A DNA stretch of 64,000 nucleotides from Dudresnaya verticillata (GCA_977862235.1 OZ374563.1:62001-126000), one strand, 5' to 3'; positions 25,420-38,803 are shown, counted from the first letter of the stretch. Made by a program: numbers and translations. Notes: generated from the sequence alone by a model not told the origin.

Positions 25420-26114
25420 TGTGGTGCAAACGTCTGAGACGATAGACCGCCGAGCAGTTCGGGGCTCGGTGGGTAGCTGCGCCCTCGGCGGCGAGTAGTC
25501 CCGCCTTGGGCGACTGGTGGTAGAGCAAAGGACACGCCTTGGGCGGACTGTAAACGCCCGAGGCGGAAAGGAAGGGAAAAGGAAACAGAAAGGGAACACG
25601 TCAAGGACGATGACAGACGTGGAAGCACGGGAGGTAGACGCTTGAGCCGTAGGCAGCGGTAGAATACGCGCGTGCGGAACGGGGGAGTCTGGACCAAGGC
25701 CGGCTTGCCCGGGCGTTTACTGTTACGTCTGGGACGGCTTACCTAAGTATAGTACGGCGGTGCGGCGGCGGCGGTGCGTGTGCGTAGCGCGGGAACTCGG
25801 GACACGTGTCGTCCCGAGGTGCGTCTGACAGATCACCCATCGCATACAGCCGCGCGCCTGACAGATCGCGGTACAACCCCCTGTGTGGGTGCTTACACGC
25901 ACATGTGGACGCGTGTGCCTTACAGCCATGCGCGCGCGCATGTTGTAGAGCGTGCGCCTTGGATCTAATCCGATACTTGTCCGATCCCGATCCCATCCGG
26001 ATCGAGCCAGCAATGCGAATACCCGCAGCCTTACAGGCGCGTATCTTACAGCTTAGGCGATCCGGATAGCCAATCTGGATACCGGATCCGGATCCCATCG
26101 GGATCCGTATTACA
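25420..26114 (-). mobile_element. Probable 3' LTR (~695 bp) of a truncated Ty3/Gypsy-like element
   Basis: Minus strand reads TGTAATAC...GCACCACA, preceded by PPT-like GGGGCAC (the same junction as at 38454-38462); pyrimidine tract near its 3' end. Confidence 0.5.
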
Positions 26115-26338
26115 GTGCCCCGGGGCGCCATGTCGGCCCATCACCGTACAGTGCCCGCGTGGCGTGCGGCGCGCAGTGTGCGCGCGCGCCCCAGTGAGCC
26201 GTCGATGACGTGTTCGCGCGCCAACGGCGGTGGTGAGCGCCGGTGGCGGTTTCTCCGTCGGTCGACGTATTTGGTCTGCCCGCTTTCAGCGAAAAAGGGC
26301 TCGCCTCCCCTTGCACCACATAAGCCACTACGGCATAA

Positions 26339-27240
26339 CTAATGGGCGGCCTCGCCCCCAGGACCCACGCCGGGAAAGGCGGGCGCAGAGCCCGCTGCCC
26401 CCGGCGCCGCGGGCACGTAGCCCTCAACCACAGTTGTGGTTGCCGCTGGCGCTGGTGGAAGACTCCCGGCGGGAAGCGGAGGCGCCGAGCCTCCGTACGC
26501 CACTGCGCCCCCACCTATGGGAGCCGCAGGCGGTAGGGGCCCATCGACGGGCCCCTCTCTTGCGGAAGAACCGCTTGCTGTGGCACGACGCCTGCAGCAC
26601 TGGGCGGCGCGCCTGCACCGCCCTGAGCGCCTGGGTAAATCAGTTGCCCGGCGCCTTGCCAAGGGGCAACCGGGCCAGAAGGGCCCGGAGCGTACGACTG
26701 CATCGGCTGCATCGACGCATACCCCGTCGGGGGCGGCTGGTACTCCTCGCGCAGCCTCTTGCGCGCCGGCGCATAAGACATGCGCTGGACTTCCCCGCGG
26801 AGCCTCTGCACCTCGCGGGCAAAGCCGTCCCGCTCGTCGCGGTATCGAACCGAGACGGAATTGGAGGCGTTGACGTCCTCCTGCAGCGCCTCTGCGCTCG
26901 ATACCAGGGCCTGCAGGAGCGTGCGTGTCGATACGCCTTGCCCGACGCGCGCCAAGGAGGCCGCGCTGCGTACAGTTGGGTTGGCCTAGACTTCCGCACT
27001 CACCGCCTCGTCCAGTGGGTCGACCACTGGAGGGGGTGGGACATAAGCCACCGCTGGCGACCCAGACGGGGCCGGTGGGGGCTGGTACACCTCAAAGGCA
27101 GCGGCCGGAGGGACGCGGGCCGTCGACGGCCCCGCAGCAGCCGGTCCGCCGACTGCCGCAGGGGCGGCTGGCGCACGACGCGCGGACGCCCTTGGGAGCG
27201 GCGGGATGTACGGTACGGCAAGCCTCTCTCGATGGACCGA
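26339..27240 (-). pseudogene. Fragment of a retroelement accessory gene (Pro/Ala-rich, coiled coil, KRLREEY, Gly/Pro tail)
   Basis: ORFs 26986..27363, 26515..26955 (in frame across one TAG) and 26339..26662; architecture resembles the C-terminus of ORF 54216..56123. Confidence 0.5.
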
Positions 27241-29632
27241 CCGACCAGAGAGGTAGCGCCCTCTCACTGTTCCGATCTCCGTATTGCTGTTCCCTATCCT
27301 TTCGCTGACCGCCCTGCACCTCCTAACAACCTGCTGCGCTCTTGCAGATTGCGTTCGAACCAAGCTGAAATACTTCAGAACTTTACTTACGAGATCTGAA
27401 CTTCTTAGGTCTCAACCTGAACTTTCCGGAACACCTTCAGTTTGAACTGGAGTCTGTTGCAGTACATCCAGGCCAGCTCCTATGACCTTCCAACATCCGT
27501 CGGAACGATACTAGTCAAGAAATCCGCGTTGCCCACCATGTCGTTAGCCCCAGGAATTCACAGCTGCTTGTGCATCGTTCGTAACTGGTATGCTATATAA
27601 GGAAGTTGCGCTTGACGGTTTGTGGAACATCACGATCGAGCGAGTGACGACACGGGCACGAGTCGACGCTGCCGGCAGCGGCGGGACAGTGCTGTAGATG
27701 AAACCAGAGACCGGGGCAACCGAGTCTTACGCCTGGGTAGGCTTGTGGATTTCCGGAAATGGGATTGGTGGGCTAGGAAAAAGTCCGGATGTATTGGGAG
27801 CGAAGCCGGCAGCAGAATGGCTAGGGTTCTTGGGCTCGTCCGCCGTCCCCGACACAAAATGAGTGATGAGATTCATAAGCGGTAGTACTGTTACTCGACT
27901 CGGTGATGTTGCTGCGAGACGAAGAACACGCAGGCGCCGACGGTGTGGTAGCTTGCGGCTGTGAAGCTGGAGCGCTGCTCGCTCGCAGGGAGGCCAGGTG
28001 CTTCAGGTACCTGTGCGGCGCAAGTGCGTGCACGCTCTACATTTTCATGAATGGGTATTTCGGGGATTTCGGAAAAGTCAGCGACGCATGCGTCTCTGAC
28101 AGGTGACCATGCTGGGCCTCAAACTGGTTCAGCGCCCCGATGGTCATTACGTCGGCGTGCTAACACAGTCTTGAAAACGGCGTTGTTCCTTTCTACGATA
28201 CATGTCTTATTGTGACGACGTGCTGGTCTTGGGTGAAATTGTATCTTGTGATGCGCGAGGGTTTGTTTGAGACTAGTGACGTGGAATTCCGGGTCGGAAC
28301 TGAAGGCGGTTGGTGCTCCGTGCTTGGTGATCCAGCGTTGGTCGATCAGCTTAGCCATGATATCGGCGGATCTTGAAGGGGCCACGACTCTCTCACCGTA
28401 TTTAGTACCTGTGTCAACGATGTTGAGAATGACGTACTTTGTCGATTGGATTACTGCCCATAGAAAGTCTGCTTGGATCTCGTAGTTGAATTCCTTGTTG
28501 ACGTGTGAGAGTGAAATCTTTTTCGAGTGACGAGGGCGGCCCTCTGAGCAACAGATTTCGCAGGCGGCGTGTATCTTATCGAATGCTAGTGCGAGTTCTT
28601 TTGTCAGCTTGCCGGCGGATTTGTATAAATCTTTCATCTCTGTGGCTGTGGCGTGTGTATAGCGGTGAATTTTCTTTGCAAGTGAGATGGCTGGACGGTG
28701 GTGGATGGTGGCCATGAGAGTGAGTATTGATGAGTTGCGTTGGGGGATAATCTCGAGGCGGAGTCGTTGCTCGTTGTTGGATTGGGTGATGTATGTGCTG
28801 AACCTGCGGACACTACTGTCTGAGGGGCGATTGATCTCGACGAAGCTTGGATTCGAGAGATTGATAGTATTCGAGAATTTCTTGACGTCTAGTCCGAGGA
28901 TGAGGGGAGACTCGCCGTTGACGAGGTCGAAGGTTAATGAAGTCGGTTTGCCTGTATTATCGTGTATAGTTAGTGTCCAGGAGCATTCGATCATCTTTGC
29001 GTCGAGGCAGTTTTGACCCCACCCATGTAGGTACAGGTCTCTTGGTTCACTGAGTGTTAGAGGGATGCCGAGGATGTCGCATAGCTTGGCAGCGTTGGAG
29101 GTCCCTCCGGTGGAGGTAGGAGCTCCTTCATCGAGGATGGGGTTAGGGTCCGAGAGGAGCTGGTCGGACCCTACCGACGAAAAAACGAGGACTTCTCTTT
29201 CTAGGGCGTGTCAGCAGGGGCTTCTGTGTCGGAATCGTCGTCGTGTTGGATCTTGTCGGAGCGCGGGGTTGTCGGTCGTCTGCTTTCTTGCGTTTGGGCG
29301 TTTTTGAATTTGTGTTGAACATATTTCTCAAATTTCTTCTTTGCAATAGCACATTCGGGGCGGTCTTGCCACCAGTGGCCCATTTTGTGGCAGGAACGGC
29401 ATTTGGTGGTGGCTTTGAGGCCTGCACCGACTGGTATATGGCGCTTGGCGGGGCTATGGGCGTCATTATTGTGTTGGTATGTCCGTTTGCCAAGCAAGGA
29501 TCCCTGTGTATCCAGACCAGTGCGCGTAATGCTGATGTTGATCTCGCTTACTGCGCGAGTGGCTGCGTCGAGTGTAAGATTGGGGATACGTTTCTATTCC
29601 TTTGTCTTGGCAGAGTCGTTCTTGTTCATCTG

Positions 29633-30307
29633 TGTTGTGAAGTGAAAGGCACACCTATAAGGAGAGCTGATCAGGCAATCCCAATAAGGAGTGATCTCAC
29701 ACGGCATCGGGGTGGTAGAGCTTAGTTCGTAGACCGAAGGGAGTACCTCGAGCGGCAACACCTGTAAGGAGTAAAGGGACGCAACAGACAAGGGGGACGG
29801 TACAGTGCCAAGACAGCTACACCGGGACGGAAGTAAGAGGAATCCGTGCACGGGGCTGGCGAGGGGAAACCGTAAAGGAGTATGAGGGTAAGGCTTAGGG
29901 TAAGTCACTTTGCCCAGGGTTGCGTACCCGTTTACTGTAGGACTCGCGGTGGCCACCCATTAATATACTGGGAGATACGCCCCGCGGTCCGGTCCGTGTG
30001 GGCCAGACCCCAATGGGTCTGGTCCACCAGGTGGGTCCGGCCCTGCTGGTCCCGGTCACCGTTGCGGACATGCTCGGCATTCTCATTGGCCGGCTGACAC
30101 TACGTACTGTACAGCATGATTATAATTACCTAATCACAAATAAATAAACTACTTGGCTCCTATTGGTGGTGCGCGCAGACTCCAGCAGGGCATACAGTGC
30201 TACTGTGTCACTGCACTCCGCTTCGGCTTTTGGCGCCAGCTCACCGGTGCGTCGGCCGCGGGTCGGCTCAACCGTCGTCCGCACTCCGAAACGGCCGCTT
30301 CACCACA
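29633..30307. mobile_element. Solo LTR (675 bp) inserted in Copia gag, TSD ATCTG
   Basis: TGTTGTGAAG...CTTCACCACA flanked by ATCTG at 29628-29632 and 30308-30312; removing it rejoins gag (TLLQ|MNKND). Confidence 0.9.
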
Positions 30308-31034
30308 ATCTGCAGTAGTGTGCTGGATATCGAATTGAGAGTGGTCTGGACGGAAGCTACGTTGGGAGTATCATTTTTAAGTGTGGAGGCGGCTTCGGAT
30401 GAGGCTTGAATGGCTTTCGATAGATTGCTTCTGGAGACTGAAACATACTCCAGGATGGGCATATCCGTCTTGACTGTAGCTTCGCTGATAAGTTGAAGGA
30501 TGATGTGGTTTAGGGTGGCTTCTGGAAGTTTAGCATTTTCCAGTAGAATCATGGCGAACAACTGGCTATCTTGTTTGGCGTTCCCGGTTTGGCAATTATT
30601 GAGGTAAAGACTGGCGAGTCCTTTGAATCTGCGGGCGTATGCAATTGGCGACTCAGCATCCCCGCGAACACAGTGATGGACGTTTTGCATCATGGAAACA
30701 AGTCGCTTTACGCTTTCGGTTGGGCTGTCTTCTGCAACGATATTCAGTATCGCTTCGATCATATTCGTCTGGTCCGGATCTTCTTCGTCCGTGTCGAGTG
30801 ATAGGGTGCCCATACTGATTGCATGATCAAGGAGGTACCTGGAAGACTCGTCTACTGCGAGGTAGAGCGACTCTCCCAGAGCACTGGCAATGGCTTTGGC
30901 GTTCTTGCAATCGGCTGCGGCTTGTTTCTTGACAATTCGGACCCATGTGCGGACTTCATTGCGCCATTTAAACTTGTTGGTAGATGATTTGAAGGCTGGT
31001 GGATCAGTTGGCCTCCTCGGAACAACTGCTATGG

Positions 31035-31047
31035 CTGGACCCATAAC
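31035..31047 (-). promoter_or_regulatory. Copia primer-binding site (half tRNA-iMet type)
   Basis: GTTATGGGTCCAG directly after the LTR resembles the GGTTATGGGCCCAG PBS of copia-like elements; repeated at 63553-63565. Confidence 0.75.
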
Positions 31048-31495
31048 TGTCGTTTGCTGGAAATGATCTGACATAGAGCTGTTCAGAAGGGACGAGGAGG
31101 TAGGGCTGGGCGGCTAGTCGATTCGGCACGGTTGCCGGTCAGGTCCGTTCCTTTTTTCCTCTCGTTTATCAGTCTAGCAATGAGGAGTCTGCTTAAATGC
31201 TGTTCTCGTTTTCTCCTCTCTGGGCTGTAGCGCCCTCTTCGCGGCGATGCACTTCGGCGATGTTTTCATGAGCATTTGTTCGCGAATTGTGCTAGCACTT
31301 ATTCCGGTTGCACATTTGCCTTGGTGAAGGGGCGTGAGTATTTGTATTCGTGAGTGTGCGAATTGGCCTGGTGGTTCTCGTGCTCGTCGATTAGCATTGC
31401 ATTGTCTTGCTTTCGTTTCGTATTGCATTTCCTCGTAGTGCTCGTGAGCTGGCTTTGTTTTGTATTGCTTTCGATTTGTTGTGCTGGGTTTGACA
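31048..31495 (-). repeat. Copia 5' LTR (448 bp)
   Basis: TGTC...GACA termini; matches 44165-44612 with ~7 substitutions; flanked by ACAGT. Confidence 0.95.
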
Positions 31496-32960
31496 ACAGT
31501 ACAGTACTGTAGCAACCCCATATCTGGCGCACACCGATTTGAGTCCAATTACCCAACCCGCTCGGAAAGCTAGGTCTGTTCCTTCGCCTCATGCAAACCG
31601 TGTCACCGAAAGAGCATCTATCGCCCCCGGAGGAAGCAAGAGGTTGCTTGCGAGTCTCAGTCGCCGCAGAGCAATATTCACTCTCCCTTAGCAACCAAAC
31701 TGGCTCAAACGCGTTGTCTCCAGCTGCATCGCGTTCGTTTTGCAGCTTTGCTGCGAACATTATACATCTTTAGTGCTACAGTTATTACAACAGAACGTAG
31801 CGGCCGCGGTCAGTTATCAACAGGCGTGAGCTTGTTGACTGTCTGGTTAGGAATGTTTTTTGATGCATGTTAAGTTCCCTTAACGAGCTTCTGCTCCCAG
31901 CACAATCTTGCAAGTATCGCCAGTGATGTTTGCGGGTGTAATATGAAAGTCGCCCCTCTATATCAACATGCATGTGTTGGCATGTTGCTGATTTCAGCCA
32001 CTAACGTGCAGTTCTGCAACGTCGGGCAGGTAACTTGCACGCCAGTCAGCGCTCGCCGCCGTGGTCACCACCGCGCCAGTATGTTATCACCTACCGTCAC
32101 TCGCCAAAGGCGGTGCGTATGCTTGCGGGCCTCAATTTATCCAGATGGCACAGCTATGCCCGCAGGCTAGTCTTGGATAGTGGGTTAGTGTAATGAGCAA
32201 TCGTATTTATGCCAGAAAGAATGAATCCCAGCCTTACTTCTGCTCTCCTTGCAAAGCGGATATCGGACTCACCTGGGTCGTTTCAAACATCGCCCTGGGT
32301 TCAAGACTGTTGCGAGTCGCGGTCCTCGAGAATACAATCTCTGAGAGGGAATATATTACTGTTTGCTTTAAAGGGATGCTTGTTGTTTGCAAAAAGCATG
32401 TTTTTGCTTGCAGGTGACTTTTCAATAAGGTCAGAGGATGCAGATTAAAGGGCAAAAAAGGCGGAGTGGTTGGGGCAGTGCTACAGTAGGTGCTGTAGAG
32501 AATGTTTTGTGCGATTGTGCGCGAGGAGATGTCCGACGTTGGTCTTTCTGCCGAGGAGGCAGTGCCAGACACATTATAGCAGCTTTCCAAAGCGGGCGTG
32601 ATGGACTGTTCGAACGTGGTTGACCTGACGGCGAGTTGGGGCAATAAAGATGAGCGGCTGGGTGCGGAGCTCCCGTGGCGATCCACGACGCGCTGCCTCG
32701 TCTTTCGCGCTCGCGCAACTGCTGTTATGACTTGCAGCTGGCGATGAGACTGTTGCAGTATTGTTGGGTCGAACGGTGCTGTTGACACTTCAAGAATCAT
32801 GACGGCAAGCGGGAATCTGTCGGAGAGCGGAATGCGCCGAGCTCCCAGGCGATGAGATATTGCCGCGAACGCGCGTTTTTTCACCATATGTTCCGGGCTC
32901 ATTGGGTGAATCTAATGGTCTGAAGATAGGTATTTAGGTGTGTATACAACGACTGTGTAA

Positions 32961-33578
32961 ACTCTACCGGTTGAATTTATTTCTTACTGTATCCGGACCA
33001 CAGTGCTCCTTCCTCGTCCTGCCCTAGCAACTTCGAAACAATGCATCACCGGCCTGTTCCCGTACTTGCCGTCGGGAACCGCCGGCGGCTGTGGTCCCTT
33101 CTCGATGAAGCGGCGGTGCATGGCTTCGGAGACGCGCTTGGCCTTCTGGTCCGCACCCACGACTGGATCCTCGGACGCAGCGATCCAGGCGCGGGCGAGG
33201 ACCTCGTTCTCATGCTGATGTCCAAGCTCTTCCCGCGGTCCATGTTGGCGGTGTGTGTGCGTGAGTGGTAGAGGTGGGCGAGCGGGGACGAAGTGTGCGA
33301 TGTAGCATGGGTTGTGGCGGATGGACGGTACTGTGTACAGTACCTCTCTCTGTCTTCGCGCGCTTTGCGCAACCAATGATGGAGCAGAGAATGGCACTGT
33401 GTATCAATAGAATACCTCACGCGCGTGCGCTATTGTGGTGATCAATAGACATTTTCGGCTGGGTATTCTATTGAAATTTTACGCGATTAGAATAGATTCG
33501 CCGCGGTAGAGATGGGAAATTCTATCTATACTAAAAAATTGTATATATTTACTGAATAGCGAACCGGTAGAGATGCTC
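32961..33578 (-). mobile_element. PIF/Harbinger remnant with a Myb/SANT-like accessory ORF fragment
   Basis: ENEVLARAWIAASEDPVVGADQK is typical of the Harbinger Myb-like protein; TIR GAGCATCTCTACCGGTT flanked by TTA (33579-33581); degenerate copy CTCTACCGGTT at 32962. Confidence 0.7.
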
Positions 33579-34754
33579 TTAGGTAGTTGTTTTGTTGTAT
33601 TTTATTTGTTGTTTAACGTGGTCCTCTGTGGGCGACTATGGAGCATTTGCTTGCACACGATCGATTGATGGGCAGGGAGCTATACGCTACAGAATGGATG
33701 TAGCTTTGAAACAGTATCTAACCACAACAAAGAATGTAATACTTTGTAATACTTTTCGGTCTGTTTACTAACCTTGTGATGGTTTTTACAGAATGCCAAT
33801 AACCGAGTGTGGTTGATACTCGGAGACAGCTGAATTTACATAACACCGGCAACAGTAAAGTGTGTTCTTGATTCGACAGCCGGTTTCTGACGACTTTCAG
33901 AGCAACAGTACTGTCCTGCAGTGAAAAAAGGTGTGCAAAGAAGGTTCATTATGACCCATGAATTGCGAACAAGCTGCATCTGAAAGTGTTGTGAAATTTA
34001 CCGTGACCAAGACTGGAAAAACATACGGAACTTGGTAGAATTGTCAAACAGGCCTCTTGAAAGAGCAGGCTTTGACTTACGAATAGCACTTGTCTGAGAG
34101 AAGCAGAGAGAATATGACTATCACTTAAGACAATAATGCGTCGCGTATTTGGGAGTGGCACAGGGAGTAGAGTGACTACAAGCCATTGTTTCCAATTTAA
34201 ATGATGAGGCAGTCTATACGCAGTTATACAGATAATGCGCAGTCGGGAATGGGAACATGGAACCGTATAATTGCACCTAGATTTTGCGCACTATGGCAGC
34301 GCGCTCGAGGAGAATGAATAACTTTACGACTGCTATAGCAAGGGGGAATTCCCCCGACTAAGTAGATTGCTAATTTCAATCGTGGACATGGCTTTTGTCG
34401 AGCATGCCTTTGTCAAGAAACCACTGCAAATCTCTTACATGCCTTTTTATGATACTTTTCTTCGAGTCCGCAGGGCACACATCTTTTGCAGATTCAGTAC
34501 TGTTGGGACTGTCGATATGCATAACAAGATAGTCAAGGTCAGGTTTGTACATCAGTGTCTGATGGACTAGCTGGCAGTAATTAGACAATCGGTCAATGAG
34601 AGTCGTTATAGTTTATTAAATCAACTGTATTCACATCTGCTCCTAAGCGCGACAGCGAGACATGATTCTGCGAAGAAGGCCCCGAAGTGAAAACGTGAAC
34701 AATTGTGATGTACATCGAGAACACATTCCAATACGAGGCTGCGCAATTGGAGAA

Positions 34755-37560
34755 CTTTCGCAACAAGGCTTCAGAACGCACGCGATGCAGCTGGCGACAT
34801 CGCGTTTGAGCCAATTAGGTTGCTATGGAGTGAATATTGCGCTGCGGCGGCTGAGGTTCGCAAGCATGCTCTTGCTTCCTCCAGGGGCGATAGATGCTCT
34901 TTCGGTGGCACGGTTTGGATGAGGGGAAGGAACAGACCTGGCATTCCAAGCGGGTCGGGTAATTGAACTCAAATCGGCGTGCGCCAGATATGGGGTTGCT
35001 ACAGTACTGTACTGTACTGTACTGTACAGTACAGTATTGTACAGTTCCCTTATTTAAGATGCAGTACGGTATTCAGCATATGTGACGGTCGTGACAGTCG
35101 TCCCAGCCGCGTCGTTGAGGAACTGCTGAGATAGTGCCTGGCAGAGCTTTCTGGCCTGCAGGGCGCTTTCCGCATCACAGCTATTTTAAAGCTGTGGGAT
35201 TTATGTGGAATTGCAACAGTGGGCAGTTTTAAGTGCGCAGACCTTTGTTTCTCTGCCAGTTCCTTTCAGTTCTCCGGCAGTTGCGAGACGGTAAATTGAC
35301 CGTGGAGAAGTTCGTCACTCCGCGATACGACTGGCCGCCTAAAGCACGCCATCGTCACGTCACCCAATGGTGAGCGTTACGCTACCACGGCGGGTGACGT
35401 CACCCAATGTTATGAGAACACTTGGCGAGTCCCGAGTTGCAATTCCCGTAGAATCAGAAATGACTCAATCCTTGATGCTTCCCGCAGATGGACGTATCTG
35501 CGTGCCAAAGTCGGAATATAAGGCCTAAATTTTGCAGCATGCACGATTCTTGCGTCTACGCATTGACCCGTCTGTTACACACGTCCCGATCGACAGCTGC
35601 GTGTTCGATACTGATTTGCCATCCCTCCGAGCCCGTCTTGGGAGTTAGTCGGCTTGGAAAACCCTGCTACTACAGCTATTTATTGTACCAATCCCACGTT
35701 TGACTGGCAGACGCAAGGCTCGGTGTGTCGACGTGCCCAGGCCGAGCCCCGGCAACTGTAGGACAGTAACCGACCTATGGCTCACATTGCAACAGAACAG
35801 AAGCCTTCTTGCTGTCGCTTTCCGACTGCAAGTTTGATGGCGTGTGTTTCAAGTAGCTGTCACAGCATTCGTGCTAAAGTACTAACAAGTTCATGGGTGA
35901 GCCCCCGTCGCATCATGCAACCGGCAGACAGTTGATGGCAGTCGGCCTGTGTATTGTGCAAAGTCAAGATTAAGCTTTATGAAAATTTCACCCTTCTGCT
36001 TTCAAAGTTGTGTATAAGACCTCTTGACCTCGATTTGCACATGCGATTCGTTTTGTTTGTGTAGCCTGCCGTCGCACCTTTCGCAACCGACTGCACACTG
36101 CCGTTCTCATCTGACCCACAACGCCATGAAGCTCCTCTTGTTCTTCACTCTCCTCGGCCTGTCGCTGTCACAAGCATTCGCCGCTTTCCTCGCCTCATCG
36201 AATGTCCGTCAGGCGGTGACCAAGAGATGCGGGCGGTGCAACAAAAATGCCTGCAAGAGGCAGTTCAAAGATGACAGGCGCCAGTGCCGCACGCTGAAAA
36301 AGGCGAAGCGCCCGAAGTGCATCTCCCGCGCCAAGAGGAATCGCAGGCGTTGCCAACTCACGCTCGAGCTGGCTTCGTCTGAGTGCCCCGAAGTTTGCGC
36401 TTCGCAAAGTCCGACGCCGTCTATGACACCATCGCCGTCGGTTTCACCGTCGGTGACACCCTCAGCGTCACCCTCGGTGTCGCCCTCTCCGTCTGCCTCG
36501 GTGTCACCCTCGCCGTCTGCTTCGTCGTCTGCTTCGCCGTCTGCCTCGCCTTCGACATCAAGTGCAGCTGTAGCGCCTCCTTGCACGTGCGAGGTTGTCA
36601 ACAAGGGCGACAGTACGTTTGGGATGTTTACCCTCACAAGATTAGAGTTTACGTGCACCGGGCCAAATGGGGCGTCCGGGTTCGTGATTTCAACCATATT
36701 GAAGGCGAGCGCGCAGTGCTACTTGGACGCGACGTTCTCACAGGCTGATGTGGACGGCCTGTCGTGCGCGCCGTGTGAAACGACACGTCGTGGCGAGTCT
36801 TGTGGAAACGATTTTAGGGGCTTTTTTGAGGATACGTTTGGTTGCTAGAGATGGTGGCGAAAACATATATGAACATTGCGTACATTCTCCAGTGTTGGTG
36901 GCGCCACACCTGGTGGGAAAGAACGCGTTGTAAGGATATCTGTTTAGAAAAGGGGATGGTCAGAAAGTGTTGAAAGCAGCTTGAAGCCTGTTTCGAGTGA
37001 ACATCGTTTAGCAATGCAGCTTGTAACTGTGCCTGCCAGCATAGTCCCCGTTGTACCGGTTCAATAATGAATTCCAGTATTCGGCGACTGGCCTCATCGA
37101 GTCGAAAAGTTTTCTTCTTGGAGAAGGACCACAGGCCCTTCCGATAATAAGTTTGCAAGATGTGTATGGCGTACTTTGTCTGCATTCTGTACCCTTTGGA
37201 TGAACCATTTATTAGTGAACTGTGCGACGAACGAGCCCATGCATTAGAGCCAACCGATATATATTTTGCACGCAGTCTTGCAAAACGCCGCGCGGGGAAA
37301 CGGCTTGCGTGACACGCGAGTAGTGCACGATCGGGACGCCGGTCACTCGAAAATCACTAAACGGCAGAGCTGCCGGGTACCAACAGGAATGCTGGCGCTG
37401 CGCACCGAGCACGTTGCGCCCGATTGTACCGCAAGGAGCAGGTGTGCCATGATCTGTAGCTTTAACAAGTTTCTTTCGCCTTGGCCTCGGTTGCCGGCTT
37501 GTATGTCCCACTTTTCTCAACCTTCGCATCGGCAGCGCGCTACAGCGCGAAACCGAGAGT
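34755..37560 (+). repeat. Arm A of an inverted segmental duplication (arm B = 39900-44164, continuing at 31496-31760)
   Basis: Reverse-complement matches 36850-37560 vs 39900-40600, 35040-36010 vs 43205-44160 and 34755-35010 vs 31496-31760. Confidence 0.9.
36126..36848 (+). CDS. Secreted Cys-rich protein (240 aa): signal peptide, basic Cys domain, Ser/Pro stalk, 8-Cys C-terminal domain
   Basis: ATG at 36126, MKLLLFFTLLGLSLSQAFA, SPSV/SPSA repeats, TATA-like TATAAG at ~36014; a paralog is conserved at 40597-41789. Confidence 0.85.
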   Translation: MKLLLFFTLLGLSLSQAFAAFLASSNVRQAVTKRCGRCNKNACKRQFKDDRRQCRTLKKAKRPKCISRAKRNRRRCQLTLELASSECPEVCASQSPTPSMTPSPSVSPSVTPSASPSVSPSPSASVSPSPSASSSASPSASPSTSSAAVAPPCTCEVVNKGDSTFGMFTLTRLEFTCTGPNGASGFVISTILKASAQCYLDATFSQADVDGLSCAPCETTRRGESCGNDFRGFFEDTFGC

Positions 37561-38045
37561 AGCGCGAGAAGCCGTTCACTGGGCGCGCGATCTTGAACAA
37601 CTCCCGTGGAGCTCGCAAGTGAGTAACGGGCAACTCCCGCGGAGCTCGCAAGTAACTTACGGGGCGACGCGCGGCAATCAAGGCCAGATATATTCAAAGC
37701 CTTCTTTGCGGGCTCTGCACTTGTTTGATACCTGTAGAGTGGAATCGGTAGGTTGTATTGGGTACTCATTGGGGGCTGTGGAGGCCTTGAAGACAGCCAT
37801 GAAAGGAAGGGAGGTGACTAGAACATATTGTATTGATGAAGTACGGGCGTCGCTTGGCTTAATTATTCAGAAACCTTTTAGTGGGATGACCGTTTTAAGG
37901 TAATGGGGTTACAATAAGGACTTAAACTGCTACAATTACAATATTCCGTTGATACCTCTACGGAGAGTATTAGAACGTAGCAGTCGCAACCATAGCTCTG
38001 GTACGGAGTGATAAAAATTGGTAGAAGTCCTGGATTGGTCTTGGG

Positions 38046-38803
38046 GTGGTGTTCAATGTTGTCAGTGACACAGTATACGATTTCCGTTCACTAGTTGATG
38101 GCAAAGAGGAACGAGTCCACACTGCTAGGCTGATGAAATACCGGGCGGCACAAGATGGCGTCAAAGTGTCTGAAGAGCTGCTACGGCAAGCTGAGCACCT
38201 TGAAGCTAAGTACGAGGTCATTGATAAGCTACGGGATATATGCAAGGCTTCTGATGGACTTTTTGTACAAGTCAAATGGATGGGTCTACCCGATCCATGT
38301 GATTGGACGCGGAATAGTATTGCGCAGCTGTTCGAGGATTTTCCCGGCAAGCTCCACGCACTTCTACAGTCCACGCGAAAGCGCAAACTCGCAGCCCAGG
38401 CGCAAGAGCTCTTGGGCTTAAACAACTAGCATGCCCAGGCTACGCCTAGGCATGGGGGCACTGTAGACTTTCCGCGCGAAAGCAATGCGGATGAGACTCA
38501 CGCGTCTCAAATCATGCAGGAAAGACTCAAGTCGATGAGACTCATGCGTCTCTTGTCAATTTCATTTTGTCAGTTTTCAGAATTTTATGGAGCACTCAAA
38601 TGCTCGCTTTAGTGCAACCGCGGGAGAGATATCTCTCTCCCTTTGCTCCACCCTCAGGGCCAACATTACTGTACGAGGGAGGAAGCAGACTAGTATAAAT
38701 AGGGACTGTGCTTTCGTTCCCGGAGTAAAAAAGGCATCAGACACATCAGAGTACTGGTCACCCGCAAGGTTCCGCCAAGGTTATTTTCTGGACTACGTTT
38801 ACA
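38046..38803 (+). mobile_element. 3' remnant of another Ty3/Gypsy element: pol C-terminus with chromo-like domain, PPT and 342-bp LTR
   Basis: ERVHTARLMKY...YEVIDKL...VQVKWMGL...DWT; GGGGGCAC at 38454-38461; LTR TGTAGAC...GTTTACA at 38462-38803. Confidence 0.75.

Larger units (their letters stand above)
28154..31495 (-). mobile_element. 5' half of Ty1/Copia element (5' LTR, gag, protease region, integrase start), truncated in integrase
   Basis: Near-identical to 60672-64000; zinc knuckle CRSCHKMGH, integrase HRYTH...CEIC, DFLW, VDTGT, SSDPEF and VERNN. Confidence 0.93.

Noticed and set aside
26230..27399. 389-aa plus-strand ORF
   Set aside because: Arg-rich shadow frame of the GC-rich minus-strand gene
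33900..34640. Possible decayed minus-strand gene
   Set aside because: Only short fragments and no recognisable motif
36814..37769. ORFs in the duplicated 3' flank (and 39833-40442)
   Set aside because: Frames are not preserved between the two arms, which indicates non-coding duplicated DNA
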